Assembly: GCA_964517635.1 (NCBI GenBank)
Contig: CAZFCC010000010.1
Span: forward strand, 7,812 to 71,811
Length of the DNA stretch: 64,000 nt
Direction of reading: 5' to 3'
Origin: an uncultured Desulfovibrio sp.
GTDB taxonomy: Bacteria; Desulfobacterota; Desulfovibrionia; Desulfovibrionales; Desulfovibrionaceae
The notes beneath the pieces are model-generated. The model was not told the origin of the DNA, did not search any database, and saw only the letters and a list, made by a program, of their open reading frames with translations. Positions 1 to 10,064 of this stretch are shown here, piece by piece (position 1 is the stretch's first letter; each line of letters starts with the position of its first letter). The position numbers and the translations under genes are program-made.

Positions 1-2
1 CC

Positions 3-242
3 CAGCTTACCTACATGAAGGGCCTGCGCCCGCTGAACCGCGTAGGAGCCGCCTTTGGTTCCTTCGGCTGGTCTGGCGAAGCGCCCAAACAGCTGCACGA
101 ACACCTGGTCGGCATGCAAATGGACATGCCCGTGAGTCCGGTCAAGTGCAACTGGCGGCCCAACCGCGACGTGTTCAAGGCTTGCCACGAAATGGGCAAG
201 GCCGTGGCCACAGCATTGAAAAAGAAGTGCCAGGAAGGATAG
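3..242 (+). CDS. roo: Flavodiiron protein (rubredoxin:oxygen oxidoreductase/FprA), C-terminal flavodoxin domain; 5' end lies outside the window
   Basis: Frame open from the window edge; AAFGSFGWSGEA flavodoxin-domain motif typical of FprA/ROO C-termini. Confidence 0.75.
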   Translation, partial: QLTYMKGLRPLNRVGAAFGSFGWSGEAPKQLHEHLVGMQMDMPVSPVKCNWRPNRDVFKACHEMGKAVATALKKKCQEG

Positions 243-264
243 CGTAAAACTGTTCCTGCAACGC

Positions 265-300
265 AAAAGCGGCGGAAGATATACTTCCGCCGCTTTTTTT
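265..300 (+). terminator. Intrinsic terminator after roo
   Basis: AAAAGCGGCGGAAG-atata-CTTCCGCCGCTTTT hairpin followed by a T run. Confidence 0.85.
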
Positions 301-335
301 ATAACAGCTTTGCTTCTGCCTGCCGCTTTGCCGCT

Positions 336-452
336 CAGAGCATTTCACACTTGGAATGCTGGACAAGAATTGGTCTTCAAATCCGTGTCACTAAATGATT
401 GCAGGCCGACTTCGCCGACCGTTGAGCAATCATTTGAAGCGTGAATACGCTA
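336..452 (-). repeat. MITE-like element, family C type 1 (~117 bp)
   Basis: Reverse complement aligns along its length with 19357-19471 (shared acgcttcaaatgattgct...caatcattt core and terminal AGAGCA hairpin). Confidence 0.7.
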
Positions 453-591
453 AGGGCAAAACAGTCCGGGCCGCTACGCGCCCGTCAGAGAGCCGTAAAC
501 ACCTTGAGAATGCATATCCTCAAAACTGCAAGCCCCTGAAAACAGGCTGAAGATGCAATCGTCTTCTACCAGTTTATGACTGGCATGCAGC

Positions 592-978
592 CTACGGATG
601 GCACTTGGACTTGGCGCAGCCCGTAAGATCCTTCTTGAGGTCGGGCTTTTCAGCCACAACCTTGGTGTGACAGGCAAAGCAGCTGGTGTGCTTGAGATCG
701 CCCTTGGCGTGAATGACGTAATACAGGCTCTTTTCGCCCTTTTTGGCGGTCAGATCGTCATGGCAGCCGGAGCTGCCGCATTTGGCATAGCTTTCCTTGC
801 CATCCACCAGGTGGTGACAGGTCACGCATTCCACTTTTGCGTGGGGAGCGTGGGGGAACATGACTGTTTTTTGCGTGCCTTTGATTTCAACTGGTTTGTC
901 AGGTACGGCAGGGGCGGCCCAGGCGCTTACAGCGAAAAGCAGGGCCAACATACAGGTAAGTGCAAGAGTTTTTTTCAC
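592..978 (-). CDS. cycA: Tetraheme type I cytochrome c3 precursor
   Basis: GTG start after GGAGG; signal peptide; heme motifs CVTCH, CGSSGCH, CFACH, CAKSKCH; mature N-terminus APAVPDKPVE matches D. desulfuricans c3 as remembered. Confidence 0.95.
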   Translation of the reverse strand: MKKTLALTCMLALLFAVSAWAAPAVPDKPVEIKGTQKTVMFPHAPHAKVECVTCHHLVDGKESYAKCGSSGCHDDLTAKKGEKSLYYVIHAKGDLKHTSCFACHTKVVAEKPDLKKDLTGCAKSKCHP

Positions 979-1088
979 AGCAGTCCTCCAAGGTAAAAAA
1001 CAACACATGCGAATTATTGGGAGCTTACGGCCAGCATGGCAACGTGTCAATGGGGAGCACGAAACACTTTTTCAAGTCATTTACACTG

Positions 1089-1850
1089 TCATAAACGCCT
1101 TTTACGTGCATATCCCCTGGGCGTAAGCATATACGACCCAACAGATCGGCTTTCATTGTTGCCGATAATCAACAGAGAGAGCATGTCCACCTGTGCGGCA
1201 TCAAAGGCGTCCAGCCTATGAACGCTCACACTCTGTCCCGGCCTGTACGCCTTGCGCACCAGCCCCACGGGGCAGTCACCCGCACGAAAACGGCGGGCCA
1301 GCTCCAGCGCATGATCCAGATGGCCGGGGCGCCCCTTGGAACGCGGATTATAGATCACGCAGACAAAATCCGCCTCCAGGGCCGCTGTCAATCTTTTAAC
1401 AATGGTTTCCCACGGCGTCAGCAGGTCGCTCAGGCTCACACAGGCAAAATCGTGTGTCAGAGGCGCGCCCAACAGGGCCGCGGCCGCGCATACGGCGGGA
1501 ACCCCCGGAACCACCTCAAAAGGAATCGAGTCGGCCAGGCCGCGTAATTCAAGTATTTCAAGGGCAAGGCCAGCCATGGCGTATATACCGGGGTCGCCCG
1601 AACACACAAGGGCCGTGGGCTGACCGGCCAGGGCCGCGTCCACAGCGGCGGCGCAGCGCTCTGTTTCATGCCGCATGCCGGTGCTGATGCATTCTTTGCC
1701 TTCCAGCAATTCGGGGGGAACCATATCCATATACAGGTGATAGCCCGCCACACAACGGGCCTGCGCCAGCACGGCGCGGGCTTGGGGCGTCAGGCATTGG
1801 GCATGGCCAGGGCCAAGACCGACCACATGAAGACTGGCGGCTTGCGTCAT
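1089..1850 (-). CDS. cobJ: Precorrin-3B C17-methyltransferase (CobJ/CbiH)
   Basis: VVGLGPG, SGDPGIYAMAG, HDFACVSLSDLLTPW and YNPRSKGR motifs; ATGA overlap with cbiG. Confidence 0.92.
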   Translation of the reverse strand: MTQAASLHVVGLGPGHAQCLTPQARAVLAQARCVAGYHLYMDMVPPELLEGKECISTGMRHETERCAAAVDAALAGQPTALVCSGDPGIYAMAGLALEILELRGLADSIPFEVVPGVPAVCAAAALLGAPLTHDFACVSLSDLLTPWETIVKRLTAALEADFVCVIYNPRSKGRPGHLDHALELARRFRAGDCPVGLVRKAYRPGQSVSVHRLDAFDAAQVDMLSLLIIGNNESRSVGSYMLTPRGYARKRRL

Positions 1851-3121
1851 ATCAACTCTTCTTTCTTGCAGTTTTCACCGTTTTCGGCCTTATCTGGTTC
1901 TTGCTCGAGAGCCAGGGCCACTGCCACGGTTAACTGCGAATGGAAAATGGTTTTGGGCAAAAGCAAACGGGCCGCGCTACACGCCGAGCCCTGACGGGCC
2001 GCCAACAAGGCGGCGGCCTCACAAACGCTGAAAGGAGGCAAGCCAAAACGCCGCCCCGCCGCCGCCGAAGGGTGCGGCACCGGGCAGCGGGCCAGACGGG
2101 CAGCGTCAAATCCCTTGAGGGGCACTCCAAGGCGAAAAGCAAGTTCCAGCAGCGCTGGCTCCTGCAATTTTTCCGTCACCGTGCCCAAGGCGGCCACGGC
2201 CTGCATTTCAAGATCATGCGTTGCAAAAAGCTCTTCAAAAGCCTCAAGGGCCGCGCCCAGCGAAAGATTTTTGCGGCAGCCAAGCCCCACATACAGACGC
2301 GGCACGGCCACGCGCATGAGCCCCTCACAAGGGAGAAGCCGACGCCAATGCGCAGCCACAAGGGGCGGCGCATGCGCTTCACGCTTTTCGGTAAGCAACG
2401 ACAAGGGCGGCGCCACGGCCTCGTCGCGACAGGGCAAAAGCTCCAGCGCATGATGCGCAGGCACAGCCGCGCAGGGATTCCAGACCCGCAGGCGCTCGCC
2501 TTCCAGCAGGGCCGCCTGCGCGCGCGGCAGCTGGCCCCAATCCACAATGCGCAGACCAGCCTCACGCAAAAGCAGGTCAAAGGCCAAAGCGCGGCCCGCA
2601 GCCAAAGGCTGCCCGGCATTTTCTGCGCCTGCATGCGCGAGCCCTGACGCGCCAAGACCATTCTCTTCGGCCGCAACATCTGAAGCAGTTGTAATAACGG
2701 GAGTAGCGCGCAACAAACCTGCCACATGGCGGGCCAGATGGTTGCCGCCGCCCCAGTGGCCGGAAATCAGACTGATGACGTAGTTGCCGGCGGCGTCCAG
2801 CACAAGAACCGGCGGATCCTGACTTTTATGAGCCAGCAGGGGGGCCAGGGCGCGCACGGCAATACCCGTGGCCCCGATAAAAATATGCGCCCCGTGCTGC
2901 CGGTAAGCCGTGGCAAGAAAATCGCCAAGCCGCGTAAACGGCTGCGCATCGGACGGGCAGAAGCGTTGTGGTGTAAAGATGTGGCATTGTTCAAGGCGGC
3001 TGCCCCCCGGATCAACCCAGGGCTGGCTTGCCAGCAAGGCCTTGAGCCGTCGGGCAAGGGGCAGCGCAGAAAGACTCAGGGCGTAACAGGCGAGGGAGTT
3101 TTTTTCAAAAACAGGATGCAA
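1847..3121 (-). CDS. cbiG: Cobalamin biosynthesis protein CbiG
   Basis: FIGATGIAVR, KSQDPPVLVLD, SGHWGGGN, PVITTASD, GLGCRK and CEAAAL motifs; TTG start after GGAGG. Confidence 0.9.
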   Translation of the reverse strand: MHPVFEKNSLACYALSLSALPLARRLKALLASQPWVDPGGSRLEQCHIFTPQRFCPSDAQPFTRLGDFLATAYRQHGAHIFIGATGIAVRALAPLLAHKSQDPPVLVLDAAGNYVISLISGHWGGGNHLARHVAGLLRATPVITTASDVAAEENGLGASGLAHAGAENAGQPLAAGRALAFDLLLREAGLRIVDWGQLPRAQAALLEGERLRVWNPCAAVPAHHALELLPCRDEAVAPPLSLLTEKREAHAPPLVAAHWRRLLPCEGLMRVAVPRLYVGLGCRKNLSLGAALEAFEELFATHDLEMQAVAALGTVTEKLQEPALLELAFRLGVPLKGFDAARLARCPVPHPSAAAGRRFGLPPFSVCEAAALLAARQGSACSAARLLLPKTIFHSQLTVAVALALEQEPDKAENGENCKKEELI

Positions 3122-3187
3122 GCAAACCTCCGGCGGTCTTCCGCCGCGTGGCCTGAAAAAATACGGTTCAGAGCAGTTTTAGCGTGA

Positions 3188-3269
3188 AATAAAAATAAAG
3201 ATTTTTTTGGGATGGGGGCGTGGGGGAGGAGCCTTTTTGCAAAAGGGCCCCTCCCCCACAAAGCATTTC
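3188..3269 (+). repeat. REP-like palindromic element, family A copy 1
   Basis: gggatgggggcgtgggggag-gagcctttt-gc-aaaagggccc-ctcccccacaaagc; sits just downstream of the hemL stop. Confidence 0.85.
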
Positions 3270-3283
3270 AAAGCCAATTTGCG

Positions 3284-4555
3284 CTAGAATATCACCTTGC
3301 GGGCCGCGTCCAGCGCGCGGTTAAAGTCTTCATCCGTATGGGCAAAAGAAACCATGCCGGTTTCATAGCCCGAGGGCGCAAGGTAGATGCCTTGGGCGCG
3401 CATCTGCTTGTAAAAACTTGTAAAGAGTTTCTGGTCGCACTTTTGCGCGTCGGCAAAGTCCGTCACTTCCTGCTCACTGAAATAGGGGCAGAACATGGAA
3501 GCCAGCGTGGGCATCTGCAAGGGCACGCCCTTGGCGGCAATAATATCGCGCAGGCTGTGGGCAAAAGCGCGAGTGCGCTTCTCAAGGCCGTCATAGTCGG
3601 CCTTTTTGAGAATGCCCATGGTAGCAAGACCGGCAGCCATGGCCAGCGGATTGCCCGAAAGGGTTCCCGCCTGATACACGCCGCCCCGGGGGGCGATGAG
3701 CTCCATGTACCGGCGCTTGCCGCCAAAAGCCCCCACAGGCAGACCGCCGCCGATGATCTTGCCAAAGGTGGTCAGGTCGGGGTCAATCTTGAAGCGCGCC
3801 TGCGCCCCGCCAAAAGCCGCCCGAAAGCCCGTGATAACTTCGTCAAAAATTAACAGGCTGCCGTGCTGATCGCATATGGCGCGCAAGCCTTCAAGAAAGC
3901 CGGCCTTGGGCAGCACAAGACCCATATTGGCAGCCACAGGCTCCACAATAATGGCCGCAATGCTTTCACCGTGGCGGGCAAAGCATTCCTTGACGGCTTC
4001 CAGGTCATTATACGGAGCAAGCAGAGTGTCCGCCACCACGGCCGCTGGCACACCGGGCGTGCCGGGGATGGAAAATGTGGCAAGCCCCGAACCGGCCGCT
4101 GCCAAAAAAGGATCGGCATGGCCGTGATAGCAGCCCACAAACTTGAGCACCTTGTCGCGCCGGGTGGCAGCACGAGCCAGCCGCAGGGCGCTCATGGTGG
4201 CCTCGGTGCCCGAGTTGACCATGCGCACCATCTCAAGGCTGGGCATGGCCGCCACCACAGCTTCGGCCAGAAGCACCTCGTCCGGGCAGGGAGCGCCGTA
4301 GCTTGTGCCGCGATGAGCCGCATCGCACACGGCGCGGGTGACAGAAGGCTCGTCATGGCCAAGAATCATGGGCCCCCAGGAAAGCACGAAGTCAATGAAC
4401 TGCCGCCCATCCACGTCGGTAAGATGGCAGCCGTGCGCTTCGGCAATAAACAGGGGCTGGCTGTCCACATTGTGGCAGGCACGCACGGGGCTGTTGACGC
4501 CGCCGGGTATGACAGTCTGGGCTTTTTCAAAAAGCTGACGTGAAATGGTGTCCAT
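3284..4555 (-). CDS. hemL: Glutamate-1-semialdehyde 2,1-aminomutase
   Basis: [35 protein letters not shown] and GKIIGGGLP motifs; ATG after AGGAG. Confidence 0.97.
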   Translation of the reverse strand: MDTISRQLFEKAQTVIPGGVNSPVRACHNVDSQPLFIAEAHGCHLTDVDGRQFIDFVLSWGPMILGHDEPSVTRAVCDAAHRGTSYGAPCPDEVLLAEAVVAAMPSLEMVRMVNSGTEATMSALRLARAATRRDKVLKFVGCYHGHADPFLAAAGSGLATFSIPGTPGVPAAVVADTLLAPYNDLEAVKECFARHGESIAAIIVEPVAANMGLVLPKAGFLEGLRAICDQHGSLLIFDEVITGFRAAFGGAQARFKIDPDLTTFGKIIGGGLPVGAFGGKRRYMELIAPRGGVYQAGTLSGNPLAMAAGLATMGILKKADYDGLEKRTRAFAHSLRDIIAAKGVPLQMPTLASMFCPYFSEQEVTDFADAQKCDQKLFTSFYKQMRAQGIYLAPSGYETGMVSFAHTDEDFNRALDAARKVIF

Positions 4556-4704
4556 TATGGCTCCTTTATAGCATTTTGCACTTGGGGCTGCCGCAGGGCT
4601 ACGCATGACGGCGCATGGGCCCGGCTGCGCCAGGCCGCCAATGCCGCCGCGCGTTGCACTGGCAGAACATCCCGTTATTTATGAATATAGTAAGCGACAA
4701 AAGG

Positions 4705-5184
4705 CTAGGTGAAATATGTCATGGAAGTTTTTTTCAATTCCTTGAGGCTGCGCAGGATGGCATGCTCTTGCAGGGAAGTCGCGCGCTTGACATCCTCGAC
4801 CACGCTCAGGCATTCGGCCTCGCTACGGCCATGAATCATGGTGTACATCTCATAGGGCCAGTCAGGGGCAGAGCTCGGGCGGTAATAGACGTGCGAAATA
4901 TGCTTATGCTCTGCCGCCTTGCGGCCACAGTCATCGACCTGATCGGGCGTGACCTTCCACGCGACCATGGCGTTGTGTGTCCACCCTGTTTTCTGATGCT
5001 TGATGCTCGCCCCAAAACGACGGATGGCCCCGGAGGCCTTGAGGCGGCCAAGCAGTTCGAGCACTTGGGCTTCAGTCATGCCCGCCTGCTCTGCCAGATC
5101 GGCATAGGGGGTCAGGCTGTCGGGCAAATTGGCCTGCACAATGCGCAAAACGGCTTGTTCCTCTGGGCTGAATTGATGGCTCAT
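4705..5184 (-). CDS. ahbB: Siroheme decarboxylase subunit beta (Lrp/AsnC-like fold)
   Basis: HTH plus HISHVYYRP...[10 protein letters not shown] and [12 protein letters not shown]; recognisable as Desulfovibrio AhbB; lies upstream of hemL. Confidence 0.9.
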   Translation of the reverse strand: MSHQFSPEEQAVLRIVQANLPDSLTPYADLAEQAGMTEAQVLELLGRLKASGAIRRFGASIKHQKTGWTHNAMVAWKVTPDQVDDCGRKAAEHKHISHVYYRPSSAPDWPYEMYTMIHGRSEAECLSVVEDVKRATSLQEHAILRSLKELKKTSMTYFT

Positions 5185-5196
5185 GGATTCTCCAAA

Positions 5197-5344
5197 TAGA
5201 GCAATTTCATTTTACCTTGCTCTGACAGCTGCGTGAGCAGATATGGGCTACCAAGGCGTAAGCGCAGTTTACCTGCACTATGAGCGCCGCGGTGAGCGTG
5301 TCGTAAACTTTAAGAATGTATATGCTCAAAGATAGTCTGCTCTG
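5197..5344 (+). repeat. MITE-like element, family C type 2
   Basis: TAGAGCAA...TGCTCTG termini; homologous to 32055-32259, 40076-40217 and partly 453-537 (shared ttgctctgac, aaggcgtaag and cgtaaac..agaatg.atat.ctcaaa blocks). Confidence 0.65.
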
Positions 5345-5457
5345 AACAAAGAAGGTGCCGCGGGCCACAGCACACGACAAACGGCCATGCCCCAGGGCAT
5401 GGCGCAGGCCGAAAGCCCGACCCGGGAAAACCCCGGGCCGGGATAAAAACAGCATTA

Positions 5458-6012
5458 TCAGCGCGTAAACGAACGGGCAAAAAGGTTCTGAATGGCTACG
5501 CGGCCATTGTCCTCGAGAAAACGTGTGCCCGTTGCGGCAAAGTGGGCATGTTCAATGGCGGGATTTTCCACCTGCTCCCACTTATCCTTACGCCAGTCAA
5601 ACCAGGCGTTCTTGCCCTGGTCGAAAACCAGCAGAGGCTTGTTGCATATCTTGGCAAACTCCGCCCCCCAGCCCGTACCGCCCTTGACCGTTCCATCAGG
5701 CTGGATGGCTCCGACCACTACAATCTGGTCGCCACTGCTGACCTGCCAGCAAATGGACTGCAACACTTTGCGAAACAGGGGAGCGCGCGTGTACTCGCGG
5801 CTCATGAGGCGCGACACATAGGTAAGGCTCACATCTTTAAGGGCCAGCTCCTCAGACGTAAGAACACGCACACCACGGGTGCGCTCCATCTGATGCCCCT
5901 CAAAACTGTAATTCACTTCCTCCAAGCCCCAGCTTTCAGCCAGAGCGCCGAAAAACTGTTCAGTACCGGCGGCGCCGCCGCTGTAAAGCACACATTGGTT
6001 GGGGTTGAGCAT
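5458..6012 (-). CDS. Conserved hypothetical protein, SLOG/DprA-like Rossmann-type motifs
   Basis: YSGGAAGTE and VKGGTGWGAEFAK..KPLLVFDQ motifs; globular-protein composition. Confidence 0.7.
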   Translation of the reverse strand: MLNPNQCVLYSGGAAGTEQFFGALAESWGLEEVNYSFEGHQMERTRGVRVLTSEELALKDVSLTYVSRLMSREYTRAPLFRKVLQSICWQVSSGDQIVVVGAIQPDGTVKGGTGWGAEFAKICNKPLLVFDQGKNAWFDWRKDKWEQVENPAIEHAHFAATGTRFLEDNGRVAIQNLFARSFTR

Positions 6013-6630
6013 GCTGCCTCCTCAAGGATTGTTGCGCCGGGCAAATTGTGGATAGTGGTCTGTTTATCCGGCAGAAGCGTCTTGATCATCATTGCAAAAA
6101 TTACTGCGCTCGGCAAGGCTGCCCCGACAAAGAATGGTTGACGAAAGCCGCCTGCGCACAAAATAATTTTCCCGCCGAACCACAGGCAGACGGCAACATC
6201 ATGCGCTGGAAATGCTTCGGGGAGGGAAGAATGCTTTGGGGGAAGGGTGCAAGAGATGTGAGAGGGAGGAATGCGCTATGAGGGGCTGCGCCAATGACGG
6301 GAGGAGATGCGTGAGACGGGCGGGAGGTGCAGGCGGCATGGCAGGGCGTGTAAGCAATGCGGTGGCGGGCGGCGGATGCGTGTGAGGATGCTGTGGCGGG
6401 CGGCGTGGCAGTGCATGCAGGTGGCGCGAGGGTGCATGCGGACGGCGGGCGCCTACGACCAGGGCTGTCACAGCAAGCTAGTGGCTGATGACGCGCCGGG
6501 CGCATGCGAAGGGTCTGGCAGATGGGCCAATGCCTGATGGCTGCGAGGGCACTAGAGCAATTTCAGGCCAAAGCAGCCCAAAGCGCAGACGGCAAGCCGC
6601 AAACGGCGCACAGCACCAACGGAAACCGGC

Positions 6631-6677
6631 AAACCGCAAACCGCAAACCGCAAACCGCAAACCGCAAACCGCAAACC
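6631..6677. repeat. 7-bp tandem repeat (AAACCGC) x6.7
   Basis: Read directly from the sequence. Confidence 0.95.
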
Positions 6678-6873
6678 AAAGCAGCTCAAAGTACCAAGCA
6701 AAGCACAAGCCTAAATTGCTCAAGCTGCTGTGCTCATGTGAGCGGGCTGGCTAAACCCATGAAGGGGCACACCGTTCAGGGAGTTGCCTGCCCGCCACAC
6801 TCAAACCTGTGCCGCACCGCTATTGTTACGCCACAAGGCGCAAAGCCTGTGCGGGGTTAAAAGCGCAACGAAC

Positions 6874-6902
6874 AAAAAACGCCCCAAAAAGCGAGGGGCG
6901 TT
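6874..6902 (-). terminator. Intrinsic terminator after the RRM gene
   Basis: Minus strand AACGCCCC-loop-GGGGCGTT followed by a T run. Confidence 0.8.
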
Positions 6903-6918
6903 ATGTTGTTGCTGAACT

Positions 6919-7185
6919 CTAGTAGCGGGGCTGACGAGGAGCCCTGGGTTTCGCTTCGTTGACGCGAAGCGTGCGACCGCCGAAGCTAAAGTTGTCAAGA
7001 GCTTCGATGGCGGAGTCGGCTTCGCCGTCTTCCATTTCCACAAAGCCGAAGCCGCGGGCACGGCCGGTATCCCTGTCGCTAACAAGTTTCACAGACAGAA
7101 CGCTGCCGTATTCGGCAAAAAGATCCTGAACCTGTTCTTCAGTTGCAGACCAAGGAAGGTTCCCGACATAGATGGACTTGGACAT
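6919..7185 (-). CDS. Single-RRM RNA-binding protein
   Basis: RNP2 IYVGNL and RNP1 RGFGFVEM; ends LRVNEAKPR. Confidence 0.95.
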   Translation of the reverse strand: MSKSIYVGNLPWSATEEQVQDLFAEYGSVLSVKLVSDRDTGRARGFGFVEMEDGEADSAIEALDNFSFGGRTLRVNEAKPRAPRQPRY

Positions 7186-7944
7186 GAAACACCCTCTCAA
7201 AAAAAACAATCTTGCCGCGCTTACACCCGATAAAACGTATTACCGGTACGCGGCCCATGCAAGTCACAGAAACACGCTTTGACGAGCTTGTCAACGAAAG
7301 TACTAAAAAAAGTTAGTATTGCGCGCTTTTTGCGTGATAAAAACGTGTGATGCAATAAAATACCCGCAAATTTTTATTAAAAGATGTTCAATCCCTTCAG
7401 AATGTTATACACGCGCAGAGCCTACACGTCACCACACATCTAAGGGCACAGCAAAGAGACGCTGCAGCAAAAACACATCTTTTACATAGGATGAACATCA
7501 TCTTGTGCAGTAAAGATACTTCCTGTTTGACCGCACAACCATATTGCATGCTCACACAACAGATACCAAATCTAGAGCTTTGTGTGTGAAAACATGCGCA
7601 AGCTCGGCTGTACAGCAGCAAAACTAGCGGCTTTGCCAAGCCAGACCCCACATAGACAGCGATTTTTTTGCTTCAATATAGATTATAGTATGCGGCAAAA
7701 ATGAGCGTCAATTTGCGCTCGTATAGAAGAAAAAGGCCGAAGCACGGGCCGACGGTCTTGCCCTTCCACCTTCTTTGGTGGCCGCGTCTGTATGCAAATG
7801 CATACAGGCTGCGCAAAGGCAAAGCCAGCTTACGGCCGCATGGACAAAGCAATTTTGCAGGCATTACCAGACGTTCATGCAGCTGCCAGAGGTTCATGCG
7901 GCTGCCGGGGCTGGAGCGCATTTGGCCTTTGAGCCTGGTACTGC

Positions 7945-8130
7945 CGGACTGCGCTCTGCCGGACAGAGCTCTCCGGACTGTGTCTCCTGACAGAGTTCTG
8001 CAGGGCTGTGTTATTCTGACAGTGTTCGGCCGGACTGTGCACTGCCGGACTGCGCTCTGCCGTAAAGAGTTCGGACGTAAAGTGTTCGGCCGGACGGCGC
8101 TCTCCGAATAGAGTTCAGCTGGACAGAGCT
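7945..8130. repeat. Degenerate 13-15 bp tandem array, ~13 units (consensus ~CGGACWGNGYTCTGC)
   Basis: Units at 7945, 7960, 7974, 7987, 8002, 8016, 8031, 8046, 8061, 8076, 8091, 8105, 8120. Confidence 0.75.
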
Positions 8131-8284
8131 ATACTGCAAGGCACGGTTTACGCCCCGCTGCTGCAAATGGCGTTTTCTGCCCGCCATGGTGGTGCCGAAC
8201 GTGTGTTGTACGACAGGGTCTGTCCCACATGGTCTGCCCGCCATGGTGCTGCCTGCAAGGCGTGGCTGCCGCTCCTGCCTCCTA

Positions 8285-8470
8285 GGTCAGGGGAAGTCTT
8301 GTGCAGACAGAAAAGGGATAAAGGTTTGGGGGGGTGGGGGCGTGGGGGAGGCGCCCCTTTTGCAAAAGGGGCCCTCCCCCACAAAACGCCTCAAACGCAT
8401 ACAGCTCCGGCGGGGCCCTCCCCCACAAAGCACTTCAAGCCCTACCTGCTCAAAAAAGCTTCCCCCACAC
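8285..8470 (+). repeat. REP-like element, family A copy 2, with two extra half-units
   Basis: Full hairpin at 8343-8381 plus ccctcccccacaaag and cttcccccacac half-repeats; downstream of dnaB. Confidence 0.85.
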
Positions 8471-8483
8471 AGCAGCAAAAAAC

Positions 8484-8509
8484 AAAAGCGTGCCCAGGAG
8501 CACGCTTTT
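8484..8509 (-). terminator. Hairpin at the dnaB 3' end
   Basis: AAAAGCGTGC-ccagga-GCACGCTTTT, followed by a T run on the minus strand. Confidence 0.7.
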
Positions 8510-8517
8510 GCGAAAAA

Positions 8518-10056
8518 CTATGAACCGCTTTCGGAGGGCGGCGGCGACCAATCTGGCGCCATATCTTCAAAAGAAGTGTACGGCGACATATACATAAGCT
8601 CCGCCACGCCCACAGGCCCGTTGCGCTGCTTGCCGATAATGATTTCGGCCACGCCCTGTGGGGGGCGCTCGGCGGGTTTGACGAATTTATACACGTCGTC
8701 GCGATAGACGAACATGATGACGTCCGCGTCCTGTTCGATGGCGCCGGATTCGCGCAAGTCAGAGAGCATGGGCCGCTTATCGCTGCGCTCTTCAACTTTT
8801 CTGTTCAGCTGCGAAAGCGCCACAACGGGAACGTGCATTTCTTTGGCAAGCCCTTTGAGGGAGCGAGAAATATCTGAAATTTCCAGTTCGCGTGAGTCAG
8901 TGCGACGGCTGGTGCGCATGAGCTGCAAGTAGTCAACAACCACCATGCCCAGGCCCTTGTCTGCCTTGAGGCGTCGGGCGCGGGCGCGCAGTTCCAGCGT
9001 GGTGAGGGCCGGGGTGTCGTCGATAAAAATGGGTGCGCGGGCCACGACGTCGGCCGCGGCATAGAGGCGCTGCCAGTCATCGTCGGTGAGCAGTGACGGG
9101 CGGCGTAATTTGGAAAGGTCGACCTTCCCCCACACGGCGAGCATGCGCTGCATGAGTTGTTCTTTACTCATTTCAAGGGAAAAGACGGCCACGGGAACAT
9201 TCTGGCGCACGGCGGCATGCAGGGCCATGCACATGGCAAAGGCCGTCTTGCCCATACTGGGGCGAGCCGCCACGATGATGAGGTCTGAGGGCTGGAGCCC
9301 GGCGGTGAGTTTATCCAGGCGGCTATAGCCGGTGGTGACGCCGGTGATCACGTCCTTGGCATCGGCCAGGCGGGAAAGGTTGTCAAAAACCTTGTCCAGC
9401 AGTTCGCGAGTGGGGGTAAAATCGCGCCCGGAGGTGCGTTGCGAAATGGCAAAGACCGCCTGCTCGGATTCGTCAAGCAGGGCTCCCACCTCAAGAGAGG
9501 CATCGTAGCAATTGGTGATAATGCCGGAGCAGGCCTCGATAAGCCCGCGCTGCAAGGCCTTGTCGCGCACGATGGTGGCATAATATTCGGCATTGGCGCC
9601 GGAAACTACGGCCTGAGCGAGATCGCCAAGGTAGACGGCCCCGCCCGCTTCTTCCAGGGCGCTGCGGCTTTTGAGCATTTCTGCTGTGGAGAGCAGGTCT
9701 ATGGGTGCGGACTTGCGATACAGCTCAAGAAAGGCGGCGTAAATGGTGACGTGGGTTGGCACATAAAAGTCTTCGGCGGCCAACTGATCCACGATGGAGT
9801 GCATGAGCTGCGGGCGCATGAGCACCCCGCCAAGCACGGCCTGTTCCGCCTCCACGCTGTGGGGCGGCACACGGCGCAAAAGATCGGCCTCGGCTCTTTC
9901 AGCGGCACTGCCCGAGGCATTAGCCTGGCGAGACTTGAACGCACCCTGCCCCGACTGGCCGCCACGGCCGCCGCGACCGGATGCGCCGTTCTGCCCAAAA
10001 GGCGCGCCCCCGGCCTCAGGGCCGGGGGCGGAACCATGATCACTGTGGGAAACCAC
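8518..10056 (-). CDS. dnaB: Replicative DNA helicase
   Basis: PPHSVEAEQAVLG, Walker A AARPSMGKT, VVDYLQL, SQLNR and DLRESGAIEQDAD; exact start uncertain (GTG). Confidence 0.97.
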   Translation of the reverse strand: MVSHSDHGSAPGPEAGGAPFGQNGASGRGGRGGQSGQGAFKSRQANASGSAAERAEADLLRRVPPHSVEAEQAVLGGVLMRPQLMHSIVDQLAAEDFYVPTHVTIYAAFLELYRKSAPIDLLSTAEMLKSRSALEEAGGAVYLGDLAQAVVSGANAEYYATIVRDKALQRGLIEACSGIITNCYDASLEVGALLDESEQAVFAISQRTSGRDFTPTRELLDKVFDNLSRLADAKDVITGVTTGYSRLDKLTAGLQPSDLIIVAARPSMGKTAFAMCMALHAAVRQNVPVAVFSLEMSKEQLMQRMLAVWGKVDLSKLRRPSLLTDDDWQRLYAAADVVARAPIFIDDTPALTTLELRARARRLKADKGLGMVVVDYLQLMRTSRRTDSRELEISDISRSLKGLAKEMHVPVVALSQLNRKVEERSDKRPMLSDLRESGAIEQDADVIMFVYRDDVYKFVKPAERPPQGVAEIIIGKQRNGPVGVAELMYMSPYTSFEDMAPDWSPPPSESGS

Positions 10057-10064
10057 TACATCCC

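Noticed and set aside
6478-6860. Overlapping ORFs with CGLRFAV / RKPQTAN repeats
   Set aside because: Translations of the 7-bp microsatellite.
7200-7720. Replication origin in the AT-rich region near dnaB
   Set aside because: Only one imperfect DnaA-box-like 9-mer (TTATACACG near 7405); no box cluster and no dnaA/dnaN.
7810-7875. c-di-GMP-I riboswitch (GGCAAA...ACAAAG resemblance)
   Set aside because: Lacks the GNRA tetraloop and the P2 stem; no downstream gene on that strand.
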